A DNA stretch of 63,705 nucleotides, the filler included, from Aduncisulcus paluster (taxonomy: Eukaryota): the NCBI GenBank assembly GCA_024181965.1. It is 5 parts of 5 records of this genome, joined end to end, with 100 filler letters (N's around TTAATTAATTAA, not from the genome) between each part and the next. Parts side by side here need not be neighbours in the genome. Positions count along the whole stretch, not along the records: positions 19,899 to 26,006 come from BQXS01010898.1; positions 26,107 to 47,899 come from BQXS01010899.1; 3 more parts are not named here. One strand, 5' to 3'. The notes under the pieces were generated by a model. That model was not told the origin of the DNA and did no database searches. It worked only from the letters and a program-made list of their open reading frames with translations. Position numbers and translations under genes: made by a program. Within the stretch, counting starts at the first letter, position 1. Each line of letters starts with the position of its first letter. Shown here in pieces: positions 19,899-31,500 of this stretch.

Positions 19899-22800
19899 CT
19901 TCGAATCTCAGTCTTTCACCGACTATCCACTATTCTCTCCAAAATATTATCGATCGGTCTCTCCAAGAGATTTGGGTCCGATTTCGTTGAGGATGCTCTT
20001 GGAACTTGTCGATCTCTTGCTTGTTCAAAAGATGATTCCACCAAGGATTCCCTCTTAGAGATCCTTCTTCCTCATATTCTGCCTTGGTTGAGGAAATATC
20101 CAGGTGAGACTTTCTTCTTCCACTGGATAAACATCCTGAAGAACATCACACTTGATAATGTTAATACCAACCCTCATAAAGGTCGATGCTTACAACTTTG
20201 GTTTGTATTCCCTCCCATTGTTGGTGCAGTGAAGGATAGCATTTCGAGAGGTCTTGGATTCAATTCTGCCACAAAAATTCGATGCATCATGTTCTTCTCC
20301 AATCTGTGCTGTATTCCCGATTTTGCAGTAGAAATATTTAAAAACACAAAGTATATGATCGATAATTGGTTTATAATGGTCAAAGAGCAAGAAGAGGACA
20401 AACATAATTGGGGAATCAAATATTGGTCTGAATTTGTTTCCATGCTATCCACGGTCCCATCTCTTGTTCCTCACATCTCTCCTAAATATGATGCCGCTAT
20501 GGCATGGTGTAAGGTTAATGGGGGTTGGGGTTCAGATTATTCTCGATATTTTAGTTATTGTTATCCTCACCTCAAGAACTGGTGTGAATTGATTGATTCC
20601 ATCAAGGAATGCCAAGACTCAAAGTCAACATCAAAACTCTATCAAAAACAAAGAGGATCTATTCTCTCTATCTTCCGTGCATCAATGTCCAGAAGTGAAA
20701 TTGAAGAACATAAAAAGGAGATTGTTCTGTGTTGTCAATGTTTAAGATGGTTTTTTAGGCACCTCATTTCTGGTACTGAGATCTACCTCCCTATCACTGA
20801 TCTGAATGATCTTATTGACACTTTCATTGGTCATCTATCAAGAGTTGAGAAAGTTCTAGAATCATCTGTTGATGAAGAATATTGTTGGATTTGTGTAAAT
20901 TATTCTCTTAAAGTTCAGGATAGGAAGGATTCTTTCTTACTTTCAATCCTTCCCACTTTCCAACACATTCTTGAAAGAGGAAGTAAGGAAAAATTGGGAG
21001 GAGATGTTTCTTTGTGGCTCTTATGTACCCTCAGAAATATCTCCAATTCCAAATTTTCTTCTACTCGATCCTCCATCTTCACCCTCATCAAACCATATGT
21101 GAAAGATTGGATGAGGATATATGGAGATAGTTGGATTTTTGAAGAGTGGTTTATCATGTTGAAATTTCTTTCTTGGTCACCAGAAGATGATTCTCCAAAC
21201 AAATGCATTTGTTCTGAATTATGGTCATTTTTCCACCCTATTCTTGATTTTGTGAAGAGAGAGTGTTCTCAAGATAAAATTGTTGAGGGGAACTACTCCT
21301 ATGTTTTGGATTTCTTCTCAAACCTATGTTGTGATCCCTCCCATGTTCATGAAATATTTGATAATATTAAGGATCTTCTCGATGGTTGGTTTGAAGCGAT
21401 TAAGAAGAAGAAACATGAACTGGGGATCAAATATTGGTCACAACTCATTTCCATGCTATCCAGTGATATATCTCTTGTGCCTTGTTTGTCTCTTAAATAT
21501 GATGAAATGGAGTGGTGTAAAGATAATTCAGCAGGTCAATCAGATTGTTCAATGTATTTTCAAATGTGCAACTCTTATTTGGAACAAAAGAAATTGAACA
21601 AGTTTGAGATTTTGATCAATACCATCAAGAAATGCCAAGATTCATCCTCAACTTCAAATTTGTATCACAAACATCGTCAATCTATTCTCTCTGTCTTCCG
21701 TGCTCATCGATCCAAAAGTGAAATTGAAGCTCATAAAACAGACCTTGTCTTGTGTTGCCTATGCTTAAGATGGTTTGTTAAACATGAAGTATCAAGGTTC
21801 AAGATTTTTCTCCCTATCTCTGATCTTATTAATCTCATTCATACTTTCCTTGAATATCTTTCAAGAGTGGAGGAAGTGTTAGAAGGAGTTATTGACGAAT
21901 CTTATTGTAGTATTTGTGTTAATTATGCTTTCAAAGTTCTGGATGGATATGATTCCTTCCTTGGTAAGATTTCTCCAACATATAGTCGAATTTTTGAGAG
22001 AAACAGTTCGAAAAAGTTGGAGACTATAACCAAAAGTATTCCTGAAGGAAACAGTATTGTTCCGAAGAATGTACTATTAACTCTCAACAATATCTCTAAT
22101 TCCAAATCGTCTTCCACGCGATCATCCATTTTTACCCTCATCAAACCCTATATCATAGATTGGATGGGTATATATCGAGATGTTGGCTATTATAATATCT
22201 GGATTATTATTTTGTCAAAAATTACCTGGTCACTGGAAGATAATGCCCCTAATATGTCAATATGCTCTGAAACATGGTCAATTTTCCACTTTATTCTCGA
22301 TTTCATGAAGAAGGAACTCATTGGGGATAATATTGTAAAGAGGGAATATTGTTTTATTTTGAAATTTTTCTCAAACTTATGTTCTGATCGCTCACATGCG
22401 ATTGAAGTGTATGAAAATATTGAACATCTTCTTGCCGATTGGTTTGAAGCTATCAAGAAGAAGAAACACAAAAATGGAATTAAATATTGGTCAGAATTGG
22501 TTTCTGTGCTCTCCTCTATTCCCTCTCTTGTGCCTGAAATATCTCCTAAATATGACAGTGCCATGGAATGGTGTAAGGAAAATGGATCAAAGATTGATAT
22601 TTTTTCAAGATATCTTGAGGCTTGTAATCCTCATCCAAGGAAATTGGATGATTTGATAAGTATTGTATTAATTGACACAATCAAGAAATCTCAAGATCCG
22701 GATTCAACTTCTAAACTTTACCTCAAACATCGAGAGACCATTCTCTCTTTCTTCCTTGCATATCAATCCAGGAGTGAAATCGAAGAACACAAAACTGAAC

Positions 22801-25800
22801 TTATATTGTGTTTTCAATGTTTGAAGTTGTTAGTTAAACATATTGTTTATAAAACTTCTCGAAATACTATATTTCTCCCAAATCCTGAACTAAATAATCT
22901 TATTGACACTTTTTTTGATCATCTTGTAATAGTTGAACAAGTGTTAGAATCAGCTGTTGCTGAAGAATTTTGCATGATTTGTGATGTTTATATCACCAAA
23001 GTTCAAGATAAAATGGATTCATTCACTTGCAAGATTATTCCAACATTTCAACGTATTTTGGAGAGAGAAACCAAGGCGAAATTGGAAAGCGTCAACCAAA
23101 ATTTATTTAACTCTCTCAAAACTATCTCCAAATCACAATCATCTTCCACTCGATCAGCCATTTTCACTCTCATCAAACCTTTTCTCAAGAATTGGTTGAG
23201 AAAATATCCAAATATAGAGTATTATCAAAATTGGATAACATTATTGGCAAAACTTACCTGGGAACCAAAACGAAAATCGCCAAACAAAATAATTTGCTCC
23301 GAATTACAGCCATTCATTCACCAAATTATAAAATTTGTTAAAGGGAGTTGCGCTGGTGATGAGATTACTAAAAATGAAAATTTCAATGTATTGTATCTCT
23401 TCTCTAACCTGTGTTGTGATTCATCTTATGCTGTCGAGATATATGAAAACGTGAATGATCTCTTTGATGGTTGGATTACGGCTATTAAGAAAATGATAAA
23501 ATATTATGTGCTGATAAAACAAAATTTAGTAATCCAATACTGGTCGAGGCTTATTTCAACACTTTCTTCTGTTCCATCTCTCATCCCTCATTTATCCCCT
23601 GTTTATGATTCTGCTATGGAGTGGTGTGATGATAATGGAGGGTGGAAGAAATATTATTCTAAGTATATCAATAATTGTTTTTCTTATTTTAAGAAATGGA
23701 TAAATTTAATCAATTCTATCAAGAAAAGTCCAGATTCATCTTCAACTTCAATCCTATATCATAAACATCGAAGATCTATTCTCTCTGTATTTTTAAAATC
23801 ACAATCCAAACGCGGAATTGAAAAACACAAAAGGGAGATCCATCAATGCTATAAGTGTTTAAGATGGTTTGTTTGCCACGAACTTTTTGGAACAACAATC
23901 TATCTTCCTATCATTGATCTGAATGATCTCATTGATACTTTCATTGATCATATGTCAAGAGTTGAAGAAGTTTTGAAAGAAACTGTTGATGAAGAGTATT
24001 GTAGATTTTGTGATATCTTTATTTTCAAAGTTCAAGATAAACTTGATTCCCTTCTCTCCAAGATCGGTCCAACTTTCCAAAGTATTCTAGAAAGAGGGAG
24101 GGAGAAGAAGTTGGATAGTGGCATTTCATGGTACCTGTTGTTATCTCTAAAAAATATCTCCAAATCCAAATCTTCCTCCACTCGATCATCCGTTTTTACC
24201 CTTATTAAACCATATCTCAAAGATTGGTTGAGAATATATGGAGATAGTTGGTATTATGAAGAGTGGATTATCATATTGAGAAACGTTACTTGGTTACCAG
24301 AAGATAAATCTCCAAACAAACGTATCTGTTCTGAATCTTGGCCATTCTTTTGTGATGAGATTCTCGATTTTGTGAAAAGAGAACTTGTGGGAGAGGAAAT
24401 TGTAAAAAGAGAATATTTAGATATTTTAGATCTCTCCTCCAATTTTTGTTTTAATCCAGCACATGCTATTGAGATACATGAAAACATAAAAGACCTCCTC
24501 GAAGGTTGGTTGAAAGTTACCAAGAAAAAGGAATTGAATCTTGGGTAGAATTAGTATCTGCATTTTCATCCGTCCCATCTCTTATCCCTCAGTTATCTCC
24601 CAAATATGACGAGATCATGGCATGGTGTTATTATCATAACAAGGATAATATCAAATGGAATTCTTTGTATTCAAGATATTTAAATAATTGTTACCCATAT
24701 CTTAAGAAATGGAATGATTTGATTAATTCCATCAAGAAGTCCCCAAATTCTGGATCTACTTCTTTGCTCTACCTCAACAATCGAGAATCAATTCTCTCTG
24801 TCTTTCTTTCGTCTCAATCCCCAAATGAAATTGAAGAACACAAAAAGGAGCTTCTTCTTTGTTACCAATGTTTAAGATTGTTTGTTAGACATAATATATC
24901 TCAGAATGATGTCTATCTACCTATTCCGGAATTAAATAATCTTATTAGTATTTTCTTTGATCATTTATCAAGAGTTAAACAAGTGTTACAAGAGGCTGTT
25001 GAAGAAGAGTATTGTGTAATTTGTGCTGATTACTTCTATTGTGACAAATCCATCCAATCTCTTCCTCACTAAAATATCTTCCACTTTGCCATGTATCCTT
25101 GAAAGAGGAAGTAAGAAGAAGTTGGAGGGTAGTATTCCAACATATTTAATATTGACCCTCAAAAATATCTCTATTTCCAAATCTACTACCATCCGATCAT
25201 CAATCTTCACGATCATTAAACCTTTTATCAAAGATTGGTTGAGAATATATCGAGATATTGGATATCACAAGAAATGGAAATTTGTATATTTTCATGGAGA
25301 ATGGATAAAAATATTATCAAACCTCACATGGTCACCAGAGGATAATGCTTCGAATCCGTCAATATGTTCTGAAGCTTGGTCATTTTCCCCCCAAATTCTT
25401 GATTTTGTTAAAAAAGAATGTGTTAAAATTGATAATGAATACTTTTCTGTTATGCATCTCTTCTCCAACTTTTGTTGTGATCCCTCCCATGCCATTGAAC
25501 TGTTTGAAAACATTAAGGATCTCCTTGATGGTTGGTTTAAGAAACATGAAACGGGAATCAAATATGATGATCACATGAGAATCAAATGCTGGACCAAACT
25601 CCTTTCAATGCTCACCACTGTTCCATCTCTTGTTCCTCATATATCTCCAAAATATGATGATTCTATCAGGTGGTGTTGGAAATATGACCATGCCAATTCT
25701 GGATCTTCCTCTTCCCAATACCTTTCAAATGTGTTTTCAGTCATATCGTCCTCCCATTTACCCTTCCTTCTCAAATCCATTCCATCAATATCCATCATTC

Positions 25801-26006
25801 CTCCCATTGTGACACTAAAATCTCCCTCTTCCGATGGATATATATTCGCCACACATGTTTGTTCTGGGATGGGAAGGGTAAAGGCTTCACATGAGAAATG
25901 TAAGATTCCATCATATTACAATGTTTTGACTGGAAGTGAGATCAAATGCAGATGTCTTGACTTCGGTCGTGTGTGTTATACAATTGATGAATTCAAAGTG
26001 AAAGAT
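19899..26006 (+). CDS. Large helical (ARM/HEAT-like) protein of ~345-aa tandem units; partial at both ends, with two frame breaks (~24530, ~25045); may be a pseudogene
   Basis: Frame is open from 19899. Units start IKxxxDSxSTSxLYxKxRxSILSxF near 20602, 21624, 22680, 23718 and 24731, and the three consecutive ORFs continue the same repeat register. Confidence 0.8.
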
Positions 26007-26106
26007 NNNNNNNNNNNNNNNNNNNNNNNNNNNNNNNNNNNNNNNNNNNNTTAATTAATTAANNNNNNNNNNNNNNNNNNNNNNNNNNNNNNNNNNNNNN
26101 NNNNNN
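26007..26106. other. Artificial scaffold linker
   Basis: N44-TTAATTAATTAA-N44. Confidence 0.97.
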
Positions 26107-26107
26107 C

Positions 26108-27592
26108 TTCAAGAAACAGAAAGAGGAGCTTGATGAGCTTGAAAGACATGCTAGTATCGCGGAAAGAATCGAGGAAGACGGGGAAGAAGAGGAAGAATAT
26201 GAAGCTGGGGAGAATGAGAAAGATGTGTATGAACATGAAGCCAGTTTCAGTGGAAAGCATGAGGAAGAAGAGGAAGAGGAAGAAGAGGAGGAGGAGGAGG
26301 AAGAAGAAGAGGAAGAATATGAAGAGTCTGAAGGATTCGAAAATGCCGGTCACACTTCTTCACAAACTTCCCATCAAGTATCTGAAGGGTTCACTCCTCC
26401 TTCAAAGGGTTCCTTGGTGAGTGTTGAAGATTCCAGAAATCAAACGCCTTCCCCTCATCGCCCTCGTATCCCACCTCTCCATATTGTTGGTGAAGGTGAT
26501 TCTCATCGTAAGGGAGGAGCTGATCGTGGTCCTTCTTCCCTTGCTCATGAGATTGGGTCTTCCAGTCTGAAACCAAGTACAGGTAAAGATGCACCTGCTC
26601 TTATTCAATCCCATTTGCACACAATGCAAACTCTCCAACACAAGGAAGGTGCCAGATGGGCTGGCTTCCCTTCATCGGTAAGTCGAACTTCACAGCCTTT
26701 CTCTCCCCTTGAGGGGGAAAGAGAAGTGAGTGAGCCAGATAGTGCTGCCACAATCAATCTCGTGCCTCAGAAACCTCTCATGCCACAGAAAAGTCCTCGG
26801 GAAATTTCTGCCATATTCATGTCAAAGGAACAGGCCAGGGAACAAGAAATAGTTGAGCGTGGTCGCATTCAGAGGCAACGCAATCAACAATTACTTCAAC
26901 AAAAGCGCCAATATCAACGCCATCAAGGACAGCGTCGTGGTTTTGTTGGGTCTTCTTCATTCTTGAAACGTGGAGGAGATGAACCTACTTCTTTCAATCC
27001 TTTTGCTCCATCTCCCTCCACATCTACTCCAAATCCTTCGATATCCAGCACTCCAAGTGGCAGACCTTCATCCTATAGTCGTCTTCACCGTCGTTCATCA
27101 TCAAGAACTCGTGTTGCTGGTTCATCTTTCTCTTCAACATCAATATCTCCCAGTCACTCGGCTATTGGTGGATCCAGAGTCTTGAAATTGTCGACCCTAC
27201 TCACTGATAGTACATTCCATCCCCATCTTGAATCATTTATCAAGGCACAAGGAGGGACTCAGACTTCAATTTGGTATAACGCTCTTCGTTTCTACATTGA
27301 TTCCAGGAAATTTTATAATGAAAAATCTGGATCTCGTGCCAAGACTCTCGCCGAAACCATTGTTACATGCTATATCCATGAAGATGGTGAGAGAAGTGTG
27401 AAGCACTGTGTTTCTCCAATCAGTAAGCGTGAGATCATGCGTGAAATTTCAAAGCCTATTCCTTCACGTGATATGTTCGTTACGGCAGAAAATGAAACAT
27501 ATAGCTTCTTGTCTCGAGTTGTTTGGCCAAGATTCCTTAGATCCGACGAATATCGTGCCTTGATGCTTCAAATGAATGAAATGCAAAGTTAA
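26108..27592 (+). CDS. 5'-partial protein with a C-terminal RGS (regulator of G-protein signalling) domain
   Basis: LSTLLTD...LESFIK...NALRFYIDSRKF...AETIVTCYI...MFVTAENETYSFLSRVVWPRFLRSDEY; frame open from the scaffold start. Confidence 0.85.
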   Translation, partial: FKKQKEELDELERHASIAERIEEDGEEEEEYEAGENEKDVYEHEASFSGKHEEEEEEEEEEEEEEEEEEEYEESEGFENAGHTSSQTSHQVSEGFTPPSKGSLVSVEDSRNQTPSPHRPRIPPLHIVGEGDSHRKGGADRGPSSLAHEIGSSSLKPSTGKDAPALIQSHLHTMQTLQHKEGARWAGFPSSVSRTSQPFSPLEGEREVSEPDSAATINLVPQKPLMPQKSPREISAIFMSKEQAREQEIVERGRIQRQRNQQLLQQKRQYQRHQGQRRGFVGSSSFLKRGGDEPTSFNPFAPSPSTSTPNPSISSTPSGRPSSYSRLHRRSSSRTRVAGSSFSSTSISPSHSAIGGSRVLKLSTLLTDSTFHPHLESFIKAQGGTQTSIWYNALRFYIDSRKFYNEKSGSRAKTLAETIVTCYIHEDGERSVKHCVSPISKREIMREISKPIPSRDMFVTAENETYSFLSRVVWPRFLRSDEYRALMLQMNEMQS

Positions 27593-27856
27593 GTCAATCC
27601 ATGAAAAATAAATATGATTACATAGTTGAAATTTCTTGAGGATGGCTAACAACTCAACACTTCTTCTTGACCTTCTCAAATGTGAAAAATTATAGGACTT
27701 ATCATCACCAGATGAGTTGACAGACTTATTTATTGAATGTATCGTGACAATTAGTTCTATTATCGTTGAATATCGGTGGAGAGATGAAAAAATAAGAAGA
27801 CAAGAATCTTTCATGCTTCAATCGATTATCACTCAAAAACTCGAGGATATTATCCT

Positions 27857-28460
27857 TTAATCGTTGAAATAAAGTAGATATACAAGTAAATTATTTTGTA
27901 TCATGCTATTTTCCTCATTCATCTCCTCACATCTCCGAGGTAGATTCTTCTCACTGGCTCTGATCCCAACCCTATTCATGTTCAACAACATCGACTCGAT
28001 GGTCTCACTAATAACTCCAGCAGAACCACCATGTTTCATACGTTGCTCACGGATAATGTCTTTAATACTTGGACATTTGAAGTCTTTTCCAATTCTGGGA
28101 AGGAAACGCTTGATTGATTGGATTTTGACATGAGCTTGATGAACTCTCATCATTCCACATTCATTTCTACTTCCAAATATAGTCGATTATTTCCCCTCTT
28201 CCTTTTTCTTTGGCATTATTATCCGATGTCCACTGCTATCGCTCTCAATAAAGACATAGTATCTTGATGAGCACCACATCACTGTCTGAGACATTGACAT
28301 AGAAATTTGTGTGGTTGATAAAGAAGTTTGTAAACCTTTGTTTCTTTACCATTTTTATCAGTGAACGTATCTCCAACTTCCTTAGTTCTTTCTTTTTCAT
28401 AGGAAGAAGCATGACGAAATTCCTTTTCATATCTTTGTTGTTCTGGATCTTGAGCAACTT
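27857..28460 (-). pseudogene. Degenerate fragments of a paralogue of the adjacent kinase C-terminus
   Basis: MRVHQAHVKIQSIKRFLPRIGKDFKCPSIKDII aligns with kinase MSVHEACTKVQIIKHLLPNIGEGFEYPSIEDIV; 28381-28430 (SSYEKERTKE) resembles 28711-28760 (PSYAKERTKE). Confidence 0.7.
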
Positions 28461-28503
28461 GAGTTATCATGCTCATCACACTCCTTATCATGCTAAATGA
28501 CAA

Positions 28504-31500
28504 TTATTCCGCTTCTTTTTCTTTGGGTATGATAATCCTTCGACCACGGCTATCAATCTCATCAGTAAACGACATTATATCTCGGTGATCATCCACAGAA
28601 CTCTGTATTGTTGATGATTCCATTGATTTCATTCTAGAATTCCTATATTCTTCAGACTCAAGACCATAAGAACTTTCCTCAATGCGACCATAATCTTCGT
28701 GAGCTTCTTCTTTAGTTCTTTCTTTAGCATACGAAGGAACATCACGAGAGTCTTCCTCCTTACTTTGGATTGTTGATACACGTGAAACTTGACCATCCTT
28801 TTCTTTTTCCCTCTCATCTTGCATTTCCTCTTCGATGCATCCAGAGTTCCCTTCATACTTTGCAAGCTGACGTTTAACAATATCCTCGATGGATGGATAT
28901 TCAAACCCTTCTCCAATATTTGGAAGTAAATGCTTGATTATTTGTACCTTCGTACAAGCTTCATGAACACTCATACGTTTATCTTCATCGAGTTGTGTGA
29001 GACCTGTGAATACTTCATTCAAACATGCATGAACAGGTTGGAATTTCCCATCTTCAATTGTTCGTAATGTTTTGAAGAGATCAGAAGAACATAATTTGGG
29101 AACTCTATTCTTTTCCATCAACTTCAGCATAATATCCATAATATCACAATTATTAACAACACCTCGAAATACAGGCAAGGAGATGAAGGGATGAGTGCAT
29201 TGGAATAATGAAAAAATGGACATTCCAAGAGAATATCCATCACTCTTTTGAGTCTGTTTTCCTTCACAGAGAGTCTCATAAGAATTATACACGATAGTTC
29301 CACACGCAGAAGGTTTAGGTTGTAAAATTCGTTTTTCTTGTTTGGTGGGAGAAGAGGAAGGAATATTATTCTTGGAAGTTACAGATAATGTTATAGAATC
29401 TAATACTTGGACCATTCCAAGATCAGAAAGAACAATGGTACATTTCTTTGAATCAGGATCAACACGAACGAGGAAGTTATCAGGTTTGACATCTCGATGC
29501 ACAAGCTTTGGTTTAGCCGTGAACACATCATCAAGACATTCAATCATTCCAACACAGAGAGAACACATTTTTACAGGATTTAGGGTCATGGGATCAATAG
29601 ATTTGTAAAAACCACTATCTTCTTCTGAAGAGCATTCTTCTTCATCCTCTTGAATGCACCAACTTCTAGCAAAATCTTTAACACTACCTCCAGCACAATA
29701 TTCCATGATAAATCCATATTCCCCTTTCATATCTGCATCAAGCAGGTCAAGAATGTACAAAGGACGTGGGATACGATTGAAACATTTGCCATTCATAAAC
29801 AATTTCTGTTGCATCTTGAACTCCTTTCGACACCCTTCCACAACAATTTTATCCGCAATTCGAAGCATCTTCTTCAGAACACATGGGAAAGAAATTCCAT
29901 CAACTTTCACAAGAAGAACTTCTCCAAATCCACCATGACCAATGACGCACTGAGGAGTGATAGATGACGATGAAGTTAGGGTTAAGGAATCATGCTTGGC
30001 TATCCCCTTAAAATTTTCCTTATGTTTCTCTGGAAATACATCTTTGGGTGGTTGTTTCTCATGGAAATCCTCAATATTGCTGGCTTTCTTTTGTAGCTTG
30101 TCGGATAAAGTGTAGGAAATAGGAGTAAGATCAGAAGAAGTTTGAAAATCTTCATTTCTTATAAAAACCAAGGAGTAAAGGAAAAAGTATCGGCTATTCA
30201 TCAATCGAAACCTTCCTTTCCCTTCAATCTCACATAAAACAATGTTTGATAACTCAATAGGAAGGTAGAGCCATTGATATAAGAATGGAGGTTTTGTGAA
30301 TTCATACTTCTTGGATGTCTTATTATCATCAGAATCAGTGAAAGTGAAGAGAAGAGAGGGTGAACTATCTTTCCAATGAATGCAGATACAAGCACCTTTC
30401 ATTGAACAAGGTGATGAAAAAGGAATATAAAGGTGAGATAAGGATACACCACATTCTCCCATGATCATTTTTTTTGCATTTATACTCGTATCATAGTCCG
30501 TAGATTCCTTGGTTACTGATACATCCTTCCCCTTAACCAGTGAGAATGAAGGGTTTATAATAAATGGATCATCACGTGGAATGGGAATAGAATCTATTGC
30601 TTCACTCTCATTATCTCCTTCCTTCATGAATAGAGGTTTCACAATTGAAGCTTCAGACCATTGTATCTCTCTAGATTCACGAAATATAGTTTCTTCATGG
30701 GTTTCTTTTCTTATGAAAATAAGAGATTCTATTCTATAATATCTAGTTGAATCATATCTAGCTGAATGTCCAGCTATATCTATAGCTTCCTCGTCTTCCT
30801 TTCTTCCTTCCCCAGTAATCTCACAGAAAGCAACATCAGGGAGATCGATAGGAAGGAAATACCAACAACAATCACAAGAATATCCCTCAAATATGCATTT
30901 CTTGGATATTTTGTGCCCTAATGAAGATATAAAGGTAAAGAGAAGATCAGTAGGAGGATTCCAATAGTAATTTAGACATATATATATGCCTTCCATCGGA
31001 GTTGACGGAGAAAAAGGAACAGAAATATGAGTGATATTTCCAGAATCACACTCTAATTTCATCATAGCTTGTACCTTTGAACTCTGATCAATCTCTAACT
31101 CGGTTGTATTGATTGCTTTAATTGTCGAAAAGTGTGGAGAAACAATATTAGGAGCATCACCACAAATTGGAACACAACTTCTGTATCCATTAGAAATAAA
31201 CTCTGGCTCAATTGGATTTGGATCCCTTTCTCTTTCTTTATCTTGAATAAAAATATCTTTGAGAGCTGGAATACCTTCACTTCGAATAAGAACACTTCTC
31301 TCTGGCTTAATGTTTTGAATATCTGCATTTCCAATGAAAATAAGGGAGCATATTGAGAAGCTTCGACTGTTTCTTTGACACCATTTCCCTTTTCCTTCAA
31401 TCTCACACAGAATAATATGATCTAAATCAATAGAAAGGAGGAGCCATTCACAATCATGTTTAGGACGAGTAAATTTATACTTTTTTGATACCTTTTTGCC

